A DNA stretch of 64,000 nucleotides, taken from the NCBI GenBank assembly GCA_965203905.1, contig CBDBDQ010000005.1, positions 1,216,001-1,280,000 on the forward strand, given 5' to 3'. This stretch comes from Spirochaetia bacterium. GTDB lineage: Bacteria; Spirochaetota; Spirochaetia; SZUA-6; Bin103. Below are positions 10,249 to 19,999 of this stretch, in pieces (within the stretch, counting starts at the first letter, position 1; every line of letters begins with the position of its first letter). The notes under the pieces were generated by a model. It was not told the DNA's origin, did no database searches, and saw nothing but the letters and a program-made list of their open reading frames with translations. The position numbers and the translations under genes are program-made.

Positions 10249-12660
10249 TTAACACTTAATCCGCCACTTCCCCTCGCACCACTCTCCACAGCTAATTGAC
10301 GGGATCGCCTCAAGGCCCAAGGAGTAGCCCAGCTCACGATATGCCTCGAATTGGACCTCATCAAAAAATTGGTCTCTAGTCGATTCGTGCGGAAACGCCG
10401 CACTTCGGCTCCTGTACGAGCTCACCTCAGCGTCCAGGCCTTCTGTCACTGTAGCCTTGATGTAAACCAACACGCCCTTCCTTCCACACTCATAAGTTAT
10501 CTGTGCAACGGCAAAACCACGGCGCGCGTCACCCCGACCGTCGATCTCCTTGTCGTCACCAGTATAGGCCGAACGCAAATTGCGTAGCCCGTAGTCTTCG
10601 TCCAGAAACTCAATAAATGCCCGGAAATCGACCTTCACTCGCTCTATAGCAGTTGCAAGGTTTGTAAAATGACTATGGATGTCCGCCGAGCCGTCGCAAA
10701 TCACAATTAGCTTCAGTTTGCGCCTTATCAGCTCATAAAGACCAAGATTTTCGAAGTGTCCAGCGTCCGTTAGATCCAACATCGAATAATCTTCTTTCAA
10801 TCGACGAAAGAGGAAAACCGACCAGATCCCTGGCCACAGGAGATTCGGTATCTCGCTACGAGACCTCTTCCGTGGATTCGGATGCGGTGCCCAGTACCCG
10901 AGCCGCAAGTTCAATGCCGACATCACTACCGATACGTACCGATTTCGCGTCCAGCCAGATCCACCAGCCCCGGCATTAGGATTCGCCATCGCACCCGAGA
11001 TCGCCATCGCAGTAGCCAGAGTCATCCCCGGATCATTTCGTTTCATATAGCTATCGGATTGCACCCAGCCTGTAGCGTCGCTTCCGCAATATAGTGGGGA
11101 TATCACAAAACTAGCACCGCCGCGTTCGCGGTACTTCGCATTCACTGAATCCACAAGCACAACATTAGTATTGATCAAGTGATATGGTCTAGCATTAACA
11201 CCGCGACACATCTCCTCGATCAGCGCACTATTCGCGTCGTCAGATCGCTCCCATCTCTGACGCCTAACTGCCTCGTTGTCCGGCAGAAAGATCTCCATAA
11301 GACGATCCCTATACATTCGGTGGACGCCCAAATAGTTGACGTTGACGGAACGACCTACGACAAAGAGAAAGACAACGAGAAGGGTCAGGACCAATATCAG
11401 CAAGACCGAGCCAACAACAGACGGAAGATCGCCGTCGTGGATCAAGTGCGCCACGAGCTGTATAATGGGTCTCATCAAGGCATAAGAAGCTATCAATAGG
11501 CCGTATAGACACAGTATAGCACCCAGAGTCTTGAGCGGCTTCTCTCCCTTACGGTGTCGCCTGAATTGATTGGCATCAAATGGCACAAACACGAACAGCA
11601 CGCTACTGGCAAAGAGAATCAGCAGAAAAAGAATGTGCGTCCACGGGCGCGTAGCGTCTCCCATATCGCGCAATATTCGATCTACAATCGGCAGAAATCC
11701 GACACTAAACATTACAACTATCCACTTCAAAAAGAAACCAAATATCTTTTGTGAATTTGTTCTTCCTTTATAGCGAATTTCGCTCCACCGGTGTCGCTCG
11801 CTTGTATCCTTTGGTTGCGATTCGGGCGTTCTATAAGTGCACTTCTTGCTTTCTTGGTTTTGTCTAAATTGAAAGTAGAGAGTAAAGGCGGAGTAAATAA
11901 GACTGCACGCGAGAAAGAGCCAGCAAAGGTAGAGAACTATCTCGAAGATTCTTTTTGATATGATTATGTTAACGTCGCCACCCGGTCCATCGACGTCACG
12001 TTGGACGGGACTAGTCGTAGTATCCGTGGGAGAGTCGAGACGTGCTGGTCCTTCGACGAGCTCGTGTATCCATTCGACGCTAGTATGGAGCGGCGAAACG
12101 AAAGAGGGAACTAAGGGTTTTTGTTTGGACACGTTCTCTAAGACGACTATTCCAAAGGACAGGAGCAGCATGGCGATAACTAAGGCGCACAAGTAGACAG
12201 ATAGAGATACGAGGGCGTTGCGGACGAGAATGGCGACTATAGAAGTAGTGTTGAGATCGCGAGTGGGAACGAGGTAGCTGCCGTGAAAGCGAAGAAAGTT
12301 TAAGATTTTGTTCTGTGCGCATGAGTTGCTTTGTGAGAGGAGAGACCCAAATGGAAAGTTCGAAGCGTTGGTTCCCGCGGGTTGGTCGTTGGGTAAACCG
12401 GAGCGGAGCCACCATGTAAGCGCGCTCCCGATAAATCCGCCGCCGGACACGGTGGACATATAGTCGAACATTCGTAGGGCATCGCCTCTGACCAAGGCCT
12501 GTAATACTCCAAGAGCGAAGGCGGCTGAGCGGATGCCTCCGCCGGAGAGGGCGAGGCCAGACATCTCAGTTCGACATCTATCCATATGCTTGGCTTCTGC
12601 TTTAAGTACCTCTTCCGAACACGTTGTATAAACTTCGGCGTCGTTCTTGCTCGCTTCCAC
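10249..12660 (-). CDS. Membrane patatin-like phospholipase
   Basis: LALSGGGIRSA, STVSGGG nucleophile elbow, LTDAGHFENLG, FPHEST.DQFFDE.QFEAYRELG; several TM helices; lower GC than flanks. Confidence 0.85.
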   Translation of the reverse strand: MEASKNDAEVYTTCSEEVLKAEAKHMDRCRTEMSGLALSGGGIRSAAFALGVLQALVRGDALRMFDYMSTVSGGGFIGSALTWWLRSGLPNDQPAGTNASNFPFGSLLSQSNSCAQNKILNFLRFHGSYLVPTRDLNTTSIVAILVRNALVSLSVYLCALVIAMLLLSFGIVVLENVSKQKPLVPSFVSPLHTSVEWIHELVEGPARLDSPTDTTTSPVQRDVDGPGGDVNIIISKRIFEIVLYLCWLFLACSLIYSAFTLYFQFRQNQESKKCTYRTPESQPKDTSERHRWSEIRYKGRTNSQKIFGFFLKWIVVMFSVGFLPIVDRILRDMGDATRPWTHILFLLILFASSVLFVFVPFDANQFRRHRKGEKPLKTLGAILCLYGLLIASYALMRPIIQLVAHLIHDGDLPSVVGSVLLILVLTLLVVFLFVVGRSVNVNYLGVHRMYRDRLMEIFLPDNEAVRRQRWERSDDANSALIEEMCRGVNARPYHLINTNVVLVDSVNAKYRERGGASFVISPLYCGSDATGWVQSDSYMKRNDPGMTLATAMAISGAMANPNAGAGGSGWTRNRYVSVVMSALNLRLGYWAPHPNPRKRSRSEIPNLLWPGIWSVFLFRRLKEDYSMLDLTDAGHFENLGLYELIRRKLKLIVICDGSADIHSHFTNLATAIERVKVDFRAFIEFLDEDYGLRNLRSAYTGDDKEIDGRGDARRGFAVAQITYECGRKGVLVYIKATVTEGLDAEVSSYRSRSAAFPHESTRDQFFDEVQFEAYRELGYSLGLEAIPSISCGEWCEGKWRIKC

Positions 12661-13149
12661 TATTGTCCTCCGTAAGTAATGCTATGACTGTTGGTTCGTG
12701 GCAGCTGAGATGAAGGATATCCGATGGTCGGCTGCACCGGGTGCAAGTGTGGCAGCGCTTGAATCTGACTCTGCTGATCGACGCACGACCGCATTACGTG
12801 CTCCGCGGCCAGCCACGCTACCGTAGTTCATCGTGCGGCCTCTGCAAGGCCACGTTCACGGTACCGCTTGACCCCGCTTTGCCGACGGGGGACGACGCCA
12901 TACCACGGGAAAAACCTCCTGACCAAGCGCTCTGTATCATACCATGAACCGCTGCCGGGACGGAACACAAGCCATAGCTACCTGTCCAATTCTTCGGGAT
13001 GGGCATAGCGCTGCTCTTCGCGACCCTTACACACCACGTGGAGCTGGGCCAGTTCCATGTCGAGCGGAACCCTGGATGCAACGCGCCGTGAATGATCGCC
13101 CTGAGCGTCGGTGTGTCCGTGCCTGTTGAGTTCTTCAGCCGTGGCGGCG

Positions 13150-13400
13150 CGTAGTACGTGCCGGCACTGACCGAGGCCGCCACCCAGAAGTTGTAGCCTT
13201 CCTCGCTGTCATCACCGAAGTCATACCAGAAGCGCTCATGCAGAACTAGACCGATGGTGTCCGTGCCACAGGTGGTGGATGCACTCAGTGTCCCGGATTG
13301 GCTCAACCTGATCACGAACACGTCGCCGAGAGCCAGGGTTCTCGCGGTGGACGAGGAGCCAGCCGCTACCATGGTCGCCGTCGCCCGGTCAATTGGGGCT
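13150..13400 (-). pseudogene. PPC-like domain remnant
   Basis: DVFVIRLSQSGTLSASTTCGTDTIG..DDSEEGYNFWVAASVSAGTYY resembles the PPC domain of 5966-8944. Confidence 0.5.
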
Positions 13401-13493
13401 CTTGTTCGGCAACCGCTGACGCGTTCTGTTATATTGTGGATAGGGCACCTGTACCGCCCGTCCCAAAACGCCCCGAGAGAAGGACCCCGAACG

Positions 13494-16436
13494 TTGTCTG
13501 ATTCGAACAAGGTATTGTTTCACGTTGCGCTGATAGTCCTCGCGCTGGCCCTGGCACTGACCGGCTGCCGCAGAGCCACTCCGGTTGTCGAACCGCCGGC
13601 GCCGGCCGACACCGCCCCGAGCTTTGCCGCCACCGTGGCGGACCAGAACTTCGCGGTGGGAGCGGCGGTCCGCCTTACCCTGCCCGAGGCCAGCGGCGGC
13701 GACGGCGCCTTGCGCTACACCCTGGGCCCGGAGCTGCCGCGGGGGCTGAGCTTCGACGCCGCTGCCCGCGTCCTCAGCGGGACCCCGGAGCTGGAAGGCG
13801 TCTACGAGATGACCTACCGGGTGGAGGATTCGGACGCCAACACGTCGGCCGAGGACTCCGCCACGCTGGCGTTCACCATCACGGTGAATCCCGCGACGGC
13901 GGTAGCCACCGTGGTGACCGCGATGAGCGCCGGAGCCACGGACGGCGTTCTCAGGTTCGACTCCTTGCCACCGCCGGGGACCGGCCCCGGGGTCGTCGAG
14001 GTGGCCGGCAGCGTCGTCATTGTGAACGGTGGCGCGTTCTTCCTGGACGTGGTTGCCGACCCAGGTGCCGACAAGCTGCTGGTGTCACTCGGCGAGGAAC
14101 GCTTCGGCTACTACGAAATCGATCTCCCGGACGGCGCCGCGTCGGCGCAACGCCTGGTCGGTCACGTCGCGTTCGAGCTGGATCCGGCCATGTCGCCGTT
14201 GTGTCTCTCGCTCACGGCGGTGGACCGGGACGGAACGGCCGGACCGACCGTGTGTCATACGCTGTACATCGTTCCGGTGGCCGGCGGCGAGCTGCAGGTC
14301 ACCGTGTCGTGGGACGCGCTCAGCGATCTCGATCTGCACGTCGTGGACGCCCACGGCGACGAGATCTACTACCGGCAGACCGAGGTAGAAAGCGGCGGCA
14401 TACTCGACCTCGAGTCCACCTGTGACGACGACTTCGGTGGCGTCATCCGCAACGAGCACGTGGCGTGGCCGGACCAGAGTCCCCCGCCGGGCGTCTACGT
14501 GGTCCGCGTCAACTACTGGACGAGCTGCGACGTGCCGGAGACGAACTACGTCGTGCGCGTGAACTACCGGGGCGAGATCAGCACCTTCACCGGCACCTTC
14601 ACCGGGGACGGCGAGGGCGGCGGCCGCGGCGCCGGCGAAGTGATCACGATCTTCACGATCCCGGGCGGCGCGCCGCCGGCGCCGGGCGTGAAGGAAGTGC
14701 CTCCCCTGCATTACCGCGGAAGCGGAGACCAGGTGTTCGTGCTCAACCCGGAGGGGGAGACGCTCGACGATGCCCTGGTCACGCTGGAGCTGGGCGACGC
14801 CGACGCGGAGGTGTACCTGGTCGCCGCCAACGGCGCCCACTATCCCATGGAACCGAACGTCGAACGGCTGGACCTCGTGGAGGCGGCGGCGAAGGGGCTG
14901 CGTGCGGCCGCCACCGAGGAGTATCAGCCGCGGGCGCGGCCGGCGATGACCGAGCGGGCGGCGGAGCGGTCCTGGGTGACGGAGTTCAACAACAACCCGC
15001 CGTTGGGGTCCCGCATCGGAGTCGACAGGCGCAGCAGCAGGCTGCTGCAGGGGGTCGAGCCGGTCACCGCGGATGCGCCCGGCGTCATGGAAGGCGACAC
15101 CTTCGCCTTCCTCGACCGCGGCGATGACGGCAGCGTCGTCGAAATCCCCTCGACCGCGCGCCAGGTGGTCACCGACGGCACCACGACGGTGGCGGTGTGG
15201 GTGGCCGACGCGGACTGGACGACCGCCTGCGAGCCCCACGACGACGACAGCGACGGCGACGGCTCCGGCCGCCTGGTGGCGGCGCACTTCGTCCCCAAGG
15301 TGTGCATCACCCAGGAGATGGCGGATGCGGTGGGGACCAGGTTCCTGCAGCCGGGCGCCAGCAACGACATCCACGACTGGGTCACGGCGATCTTCGGCGA
15401 GCCGTGGGGTCCGCACGACGTCCCGTTCCTGATTCCCGCCGAGGCTGTCGGCGAGGTTCATGTCCTGCTGTTCGACATCGAGGGCGACGGGATACCCGAG
15501 CCGGGAGATTCGCGGATCGCCGGTTTCTTCTGGGCCAAGGACAACTTCCTGAACGACCCCGAAGACCCGGTGTTCGCACTGTCCAACGAACGGCTGATGT
15601 TCTATCTCGATGCGCCGCTCCTGACGGTCGCCGAAGGCGACACCTGGGAGGTGACCGACCGGTGGCCGAGCCGCATGTTGGGCACCCTGGCCCACGAGTA
15701 CCAGCACATGATCCATTTCTATCAGAAACCGGTCTTGCGCGGCGCCGGCAGCGAGACCTGGCTCAACGAGATGTCATCGGAAATGGCCGCGGACCTGATC
15801 GCCGACAAGATGGAGGGTGATGGGCCACGCTCGGTGGCCTACGACGACCCCACGGCCGGGGAGCCGGGGAACGTCCGCGGCCGGCTGCCGGGGTTCAACC
15901 TGTACAACGACATTCAGGTCACCAGGTGGGACGGCCTGCTGGCGAACTACGACATCAACTTCGCGCTGGGCGCCTACCTGGCCCGCAACTACGGCGGCGC
16001 GGCACTGTTCAGCGCCATCGTGCAAAGCGAGCACTCCGGCACCGGTGCGATCGAAGCCGCGCTGGAGTCCCTCGGGCACGATATTTCGTTCAGCCAGGCG
16101 CTGGAGAACTGGAGCGTGGCGGTGCTGCGCTCCGACGATACCTCGGCCCCGGTCCCCTACCGCTACAACGCCGGCGACTGGGTCACCTCGCGAACCGGCG
16201 GCCTGGAGTTCCGGCTGGGCTCGATCAACCTGTTCCACTACGTGTACGGGCCGCCCCGGGTACCGGGCCGGCTGGCCTGGGAGGGCCCCTACCTGCACTC
16301 GCTCGACAGCCTGAACGAGCGCACGCAGCCGCCGCACTCCGTCGCCTATGCCACGCTCGGGCGCAACAGCGGAACCGTGCGGCTGAGCGTCAGCGCGCTC
16401 GGCGACAACCGCATCACGGCGGTAGTCAAGGAGTGA
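13494..16436 (+). CDS. Lipoprotein: putative Ig (He_PIG-like) + YfaP/DUF2135-like domain + M30-family metallopeptidase
   Basis: AAGGA RBS, TTG 13494, LTGC lipobox; LPRGLSFD..LSGTP; LQVTVSWDALSDLDLHVVD; TLAHEYQHMI; ends RITAVVKE like 5966-8944. Confidence 0.8.
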   Translation: MSDSNKVLFHVALIVLALALALTGCRRATPVVEPPAPADTAPSFAATVADQNFAVGAAVRLTLPEASGGDGALRYTLGPELPRGLSFDAAARVLSGTPELEGVYEMTYRVEDSDANTSAEDSATLAFTITVNPATAVATVVTAMSAGATDGVLRFDSLPPPGTGPGVVEVAGSVVIVNGGAFFLDVVADPGADKLLVSLGEERFGYYEIDLPDGAASAQRLVGHVAFELDPAMSPLCLSLTAVDRDGTAGPTVCHTLYIVPVAGGELQVTVSWDALSDLDLHVVDAHGDEIYYRQTEVESGGILDLESTCDDDFGGVIRNEHVAWPDQSPPPGVYVVRVNYWTSCDVPETNYVVRVNYRGEISTFTGTFTGDGEGGGRGAGEVITIFTIPGGAPPAPGVKEVPPLHYRGSGDQVFVLNPEGETLDDALVTLELGDADAEVYLVAANGAHYPMEPNVERLDLVEAAAKGLRAAATEEYQPRARPAMTERAAERSWVTEFNNNPPLGSRIGVDRRSSRLLQGVEPVTADAPGVMEGDTFAFLDRGDDGSVVEIPSTARQVVTDGTTTVAVWVADADWTTACEPHDDDSDGDGSGRLVAAHFVPKVCITQEMADAVGTRFLQPGASNDIHDWVTAIFGEPWGPHDVPFLIPAEAVGEVHVLLFDIEGDGIPEPGDSRIAGFFWAKDNFLNDPEDPVFALSNERLMFYLDAPLLTVAEGDTWEVTDRWPSRMLGTLAHEYQHMIHFYQKPVLRGAGSETWLNEMSSEMAADLIADKMEGDGPRSVAYDDPTAGEPGNVRGRLPGFNLYNDIQVTRWDGLLANYDINFALGAYLARNYGGAALFSAIVQSEHSGTGAIEAALESLGHDISFSQALENWSVAVLRSDDTSAPVPYRYNAGDWVTSRTGGLEFRLGSINLFHYVYGPPRVPGRLAWEGPYLHSLDSLNERTQPPHSVAYATLGRNSGTVRLSVSALGDNRITAVVKE

Positions 16437-16470
16437 TGCCCGCGCGGCCCGCCGGTCGCTGAATCCGCTG

Positions 16471-16715
16471 CGCCGCGGCGCCGGTTTCGCCGCGGCGCCG
16501 GTTTCGCCGTGGCGCCGGTTCGCCGTGGCGCCGGGTTTCGCCGTGGCGCCGGTTTCGCCGTGGCGCCGGTTTCGCCGTGGCGCCGGTTTCGCCGTGGCGC
16601 CGGTTTCGCCGTGGCGCCGGTTTCGCCGTGGCGCCGGTTTCGCGCCTCGGCGTGGGGCCGGTTTCGCCTCGGCGCCGGTTTCGCCGTGGCGCCGGTTTCG
16701 CCGCGGCGTGGCGGG
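16471..16715 (+). repeat. Tandem array of ~13 copies of the 17-bp unit cgccgtggcgccggttt
   Basis: Read directly; single copies of the unit occur at 19951-19967 and 22828-22844. Confidence 0.9.
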
Positions 16716-16930
16716 TGGAGTCCGAATACCTGACCGCGGCGGGCCGCTTCGCGTACCTGCTGGAAGCCCTGCACCGGCAGACGGGACAGCGCGTCGCGGG
16801 TGCTGGTGGACGAGTCCCCAACTGGACAACCTCACCGACATCACGCTCGATCCCGTGTACTCTCGATCTGGACACCGTGTTCGCTCCGGAATTCGCCGGA
16901 CTCGACCGGGAGCAGGTGCGGGAGTGGTAT
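16716..16930 (+). pseudogene. Multiply deleted AAA/PD-(D/E)XK remnant
   Basis: Short blocks (ESEYLTAAGRF.., NLTDITLDPVY, DLDTVFAPE..VREWY) nearly identical to 20000/22877 are spliced together. Confidence 0.8.
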
Positions 16931-16937
16931 CTCGGCT

Positions 16938-17418
16938 TGATGATCCCGCGATTCATAGCGCGGCAGGGCCATCCCTTGCTGAACGACGTCCGCATCCCTG
17001 GGGCACGGGATGTTCCGGAAGGTACGGTAGTGGCCGCGGTGATGGCCCCGTGCCTGCCGGATCGCCTCCTTCAGGTGCGTGGGTTCGTTCGCTGTACTAT
17101 GTGTCCAGAAATGAGCGGAGTGCCGCCTCCCGCAACACCGGCGGTCTTCGCCGATGCTTTGCTGCCACGTCGGCGCCGCCGTGCAGGATTCGCAGGATTC
17201 TGCGAAAAAGCGCCAAAAAACGCGCTGAGCACTTGACGGGTTTGGCGCCGCTCGTAACGGCCCCCTGCCGCACGTGCCGGCCCCTCCGACCCTTCGAACA
17301 TCCCGCCACGCCTTCCAGGCTCGTCAGCACCCCGCAAGCGCCGGCCTGAGCCCTGCCCGATGCCCGTCCCGGGACTTGCCGAAACCGGTCATTTCTCAAC
17401 CATGCTTATATTTACGCC
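16938..17418 (+). repeat. Conserved ~480-bp non-coding leader of the HNH gene (copy 1; copy 2 at 24527-25031)
   Basis: Direct alignment of the two copies with several small indels. Confidence 0.8.
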
Positions 17419-19125
17419 ATGGCTACGGTGGCTACCGCGACCCCTACCGGCTTCTCCTCCTCGCTCTCCGGGCTCCCCGACCAGGTGCTGCTGGCACACA
17501 CCAAGTCCCTCGTCCTGCACGAGCAGGCGCTGCAGCTCGCCGTCCTCGACCACCTGCGCGAGATCCACGCACGCCACCTCCACCTGCGCCTCGGGTTCTG
17601 CAGCCTGTTCGACTACGCGGTGCGGGAACTGGGCTACAGCGAAGGCGCCGCCTGGCGCCGCATAAAGGCCATGCGCCTGTGCTCCGATACCGACGGGACA
17701 CGCGAGCGGCTGCAGGACGGCTCGCTCACTCTGAGCGCGGCGGCGCAGTTGCAGAACACCTTCGATCTCCTGCAGCGCACGGCGATCGCCCCCGCGGACC
17801 CCGGCGCGGCGGCGGTGGCACCGGAGCTGCTGCCGGGCGCCACGGGGACGGCGCCGGAGGCGGGGGCTTCCGGGACCGCGGCAGCGGCGGCCGCGCGACC
17901 GGTGCCGGCGCTGGACGCGGCGCAGCGGCAGGAGCTGGTGGCGCAGGCGAGCGGCAAGAGCACCCGCGAGGTGAAGCAGTTGTTGGCCGGGGTGGCTCCC
18001 GAGCTGGCACGGCCGGCGGATCGCATGCGCGCGCTGGGCGAGGACCGCTGGGAGCTGAAGGTGGCGATCGACTCCGCCTGTCAGCGCGGGATCGAGCAGC
18101 TACGGGCCCTGCTGTCGCACGTGGACCCGCACCTGACGCTGGGGCAACTGGTGGAGCGGCTGGTGCAGGACGGCCTGCAGCGCTACGACCCGGGGCGGCC
18201 GCCGCGCGGGCGCAGAGGTGGGCGCCGGGAGGCAAGCACGGGCCAGGCGCCGGAGCCGACGACGCAGGAAGGCTCGGCGGGCGGGGCGACTTCGCCGGCG
18301 AAGCGGGACGCGCAAGAGCAACCCGGAGTGCCGACGCCGCCGGAGGGCACGAGCGCCGGCGGCAGCACCCCGGCGCCGGCAGCGCTGTCCGCAGAGGAAC
18401 CCGCGCGCGGGATTGGCCACGCCGGCCCCTCGGCGGTGGGCGCGCTGGCAGCGCCGCCGTTGGGGCGCGAGACTTGCGGCAGCAGCACGCCGATGAGTGC
18501 CAAGCCAGCGGCGGTGGCGACCGGTACCGCTACTTCGGCGGCGAAGTCAGTGGCCGATCGTGGGTCCCACGGCACCGTACCGGCGCCGCCGGCAGACCAG
18601 AGCAGGCCGACCGCGACGGCAGCGGCGGATTGCGGTCGCCACGCTCCTTCGCCAGCGAAGCCGGCAGGGGTGGCGCAGCGGGCAAGGGTGGCGCAACGGG
18701 CAGGGGTGGCGCAGCGGGCAGGGGTGGCGCAGCGGGCAGGGGTGGCGCAGCGGGCAGGGGTGGCGCAGCGGGTAAGGGTGGCGCAGCGGGCAGGAACGGC
18801 GCAGATCGATGGCCGTTCGGGGCCCCAGCCGCCGCCAGACGGCCTCTCCGGAGGCAGCGCGCAGCCGCCCCACCGGGCGCGTCGATCCCGCTACATTCCC
18901 GCACCGGTGAGGCGCGAGGTGTGGCGCCGCGACGGTGGCCGCTGCAGTTACGTCGATCCGCACAGCGGGCGGCGCTGCGGTTCCCACTTCCTACTGGAGC
19001 TCGACCACATCGTTCCCTTCGCGCTCGGCGGCGGTGCTGAGCCGGGTAATCTCAGGCTTCGTTGTTCTGCTCACCACCGCTTCCGCCATCGGGAGTACGG
19101 ATCGCCACCAGACGGGGCCACGTGA
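17419..19125 (+). CDS. Long HNH endonuclease with helical (DUF222/13E12-repeat-like) N-terminus
   Basis: LDHLREI..LGFCSLFDYAVRELGYSEGAAWRRIKAMRL; C-terminal IPAPVRREVWRRDGGRC..C..LELDHIVPFALGG..NLRLRCSAHH. Confidence 0.85.
   Translation: MATVATATPTGFSSSLSGLPDQVLLAHTKSLVLHEQALQLAVLDHLREIHARHLHLRLGFCSLFDYAVRELGYSEGAAWRRIKAMRLCSDTDGTRERLQDGSLTLSAAAQLQNTFDLLQRTAIAPADPGAAAVAPELLPGATGTAPEAGASGTAAAAAARPVPALDAAQRQELVAQASGKSTREVKQLLAGVAPELARPADRMRALGEDRWELKVAIDSACQRGIEQLRALLSHVDPHLTLGQLVERLVQDGLQRYDPGRPPRGRRGGRREASTGQAPEPTTQEGSAGGATSPAKRDAQEQPGVPTPPEGTSAGGSTPAPAALSAEEPARGIGHAGPSAVGALAAPPLGRETCGSSTPMSAKPAAVATGTATSAAKSVADRGSHGTVPAPPADQSRPTATAAADCGRHAPSPAKPAGVAQRARVAQRAGVAQRAGVAQRAGVAQRAGVAQRVRVAQRAGTAQIDGRSGPQPPPDGLSGGSAQPPHRARRSRYIPAPVRREVWRRDGGRCSYVDPHSGRRCGSHFLLELDHIVPFALGGGAEPGNLRLRCSAHHRFRHREYGSPPDGAT
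18664..18795 (+). repeat. 18-bp intragenic tandem repeat (AGVAQR x~7) in the HNH linker
   Basis: gcaggggtggcgcagcgg repeated; fewer units in the other HNH copies. Confidence 0.85.
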
Positions 19126-19224
19126 TCGGCGCTCGCCGGGGTCGAGTTGGGCGGTTGGGCGTCGGTCCGATGGCAGGGGGAGCAACGATTTGCAGCCCGC
19201 TTGTCGCGCCGCGTGGGATAGTTC

Positions 19225-19758
19225 TCACGGGAACAGAGCTGCCAGCACCCTCTGCATCACGGGAACCAGGATCGTGGCGGCTACCAGAACGGCCAGCAGC
19301 CAGCGGGTCTGTACGGTGGTCTCCTTGCGCACGTCGCCGATCTCCTTCGTGAGGTCGGCCCGCACATTGGCGATCTCCTTGCCCAGGTTGCCGATCTGTT
19401 CCTGGTGCTCAAGGAACTGTTTCTGAACCCCCATGAAGCCGGCGTGCATCTCGCCACGCACTGCCTCCAGACCGGCGTGCATTTCACCCCGCACCTCTAT
19501 GAGGCCGGCGTGCATCTCTCCACGCACCGCCTCGAAACCGGCGTGCATCTCATCCCGCACCGCCTTGAAACCGGTGTGCATCTCTCCACGCACTGCCTCG
19601 CGCGAGTCCGCAACCCGGCGCGCAAAGCGCTCCTCCACCACGCTTATCAGCTCTTCGCGCTGGTCGCGGCCAAACTGATGCAGCAGCTCCACCAGCGAAT
19701 CGGTCGCCGCCTCGCCCAGCCTCTCGCGCAACTCACGACGTACCGAGATCACCGCCAT
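19225..19758 (-). CDS. Coiled-coil protein with C-terminal TM helix (DUF1640/LA_3696-like)
   Basis: LRERLGEAATDSLVELL N-terminus, 11-aa VRGEMHAGFEA repeats, QTRWLLAVLVAATILVP TM. Confidence 0.75.
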   Translation of the reverse strand: MAVISVRRELRERLGEAATDSLVELLHQFGRDQREELISVVEERFARRVADSREAVRGEMHTGFKAVRDEMHAGFEAVRGEMHAGLIEVRGEMHAGLEAVRGEMHAGFMGVQKQFLEHQEQIGNLGKEIANVRADLTKEIGDVRKETTVQTRWLLAVLVAATILVPVMQRVLAALFP

Positions 19759-19999
19759 GACCGATCAACCAGCTTATGTGACCGTGCCGGGGCCGTCAAC
19801 GTGACGCCGCTCGCTCGCACTCCCGAGCCGGGCGCGGCTACGCGTGCTGAGGCGGCCGGCCGCCGGCAGTTCGGGCGATACTTCATGCTACTAGAGCCCT
19901 CCATTGCTCGTAATGAACAACGGCACGCGATTCGTGGCGCTTTGCCGTTGCGCCGTGGCGCCGGTTTCGTGGCTCGGCGTGGCGGGGTACTATCGACCG

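Noticed and set aside
16471-16715. Possible CRISPR array
   Set aside because: Head-to-tail 17-bp units without unique spacers; no cas genes
17419-19125. IscB/Cas9-like RNA-guided nuclease
   Set aside because: Only a C-terminal HNH; no PLMP/RRXRR or split RuvC motifs
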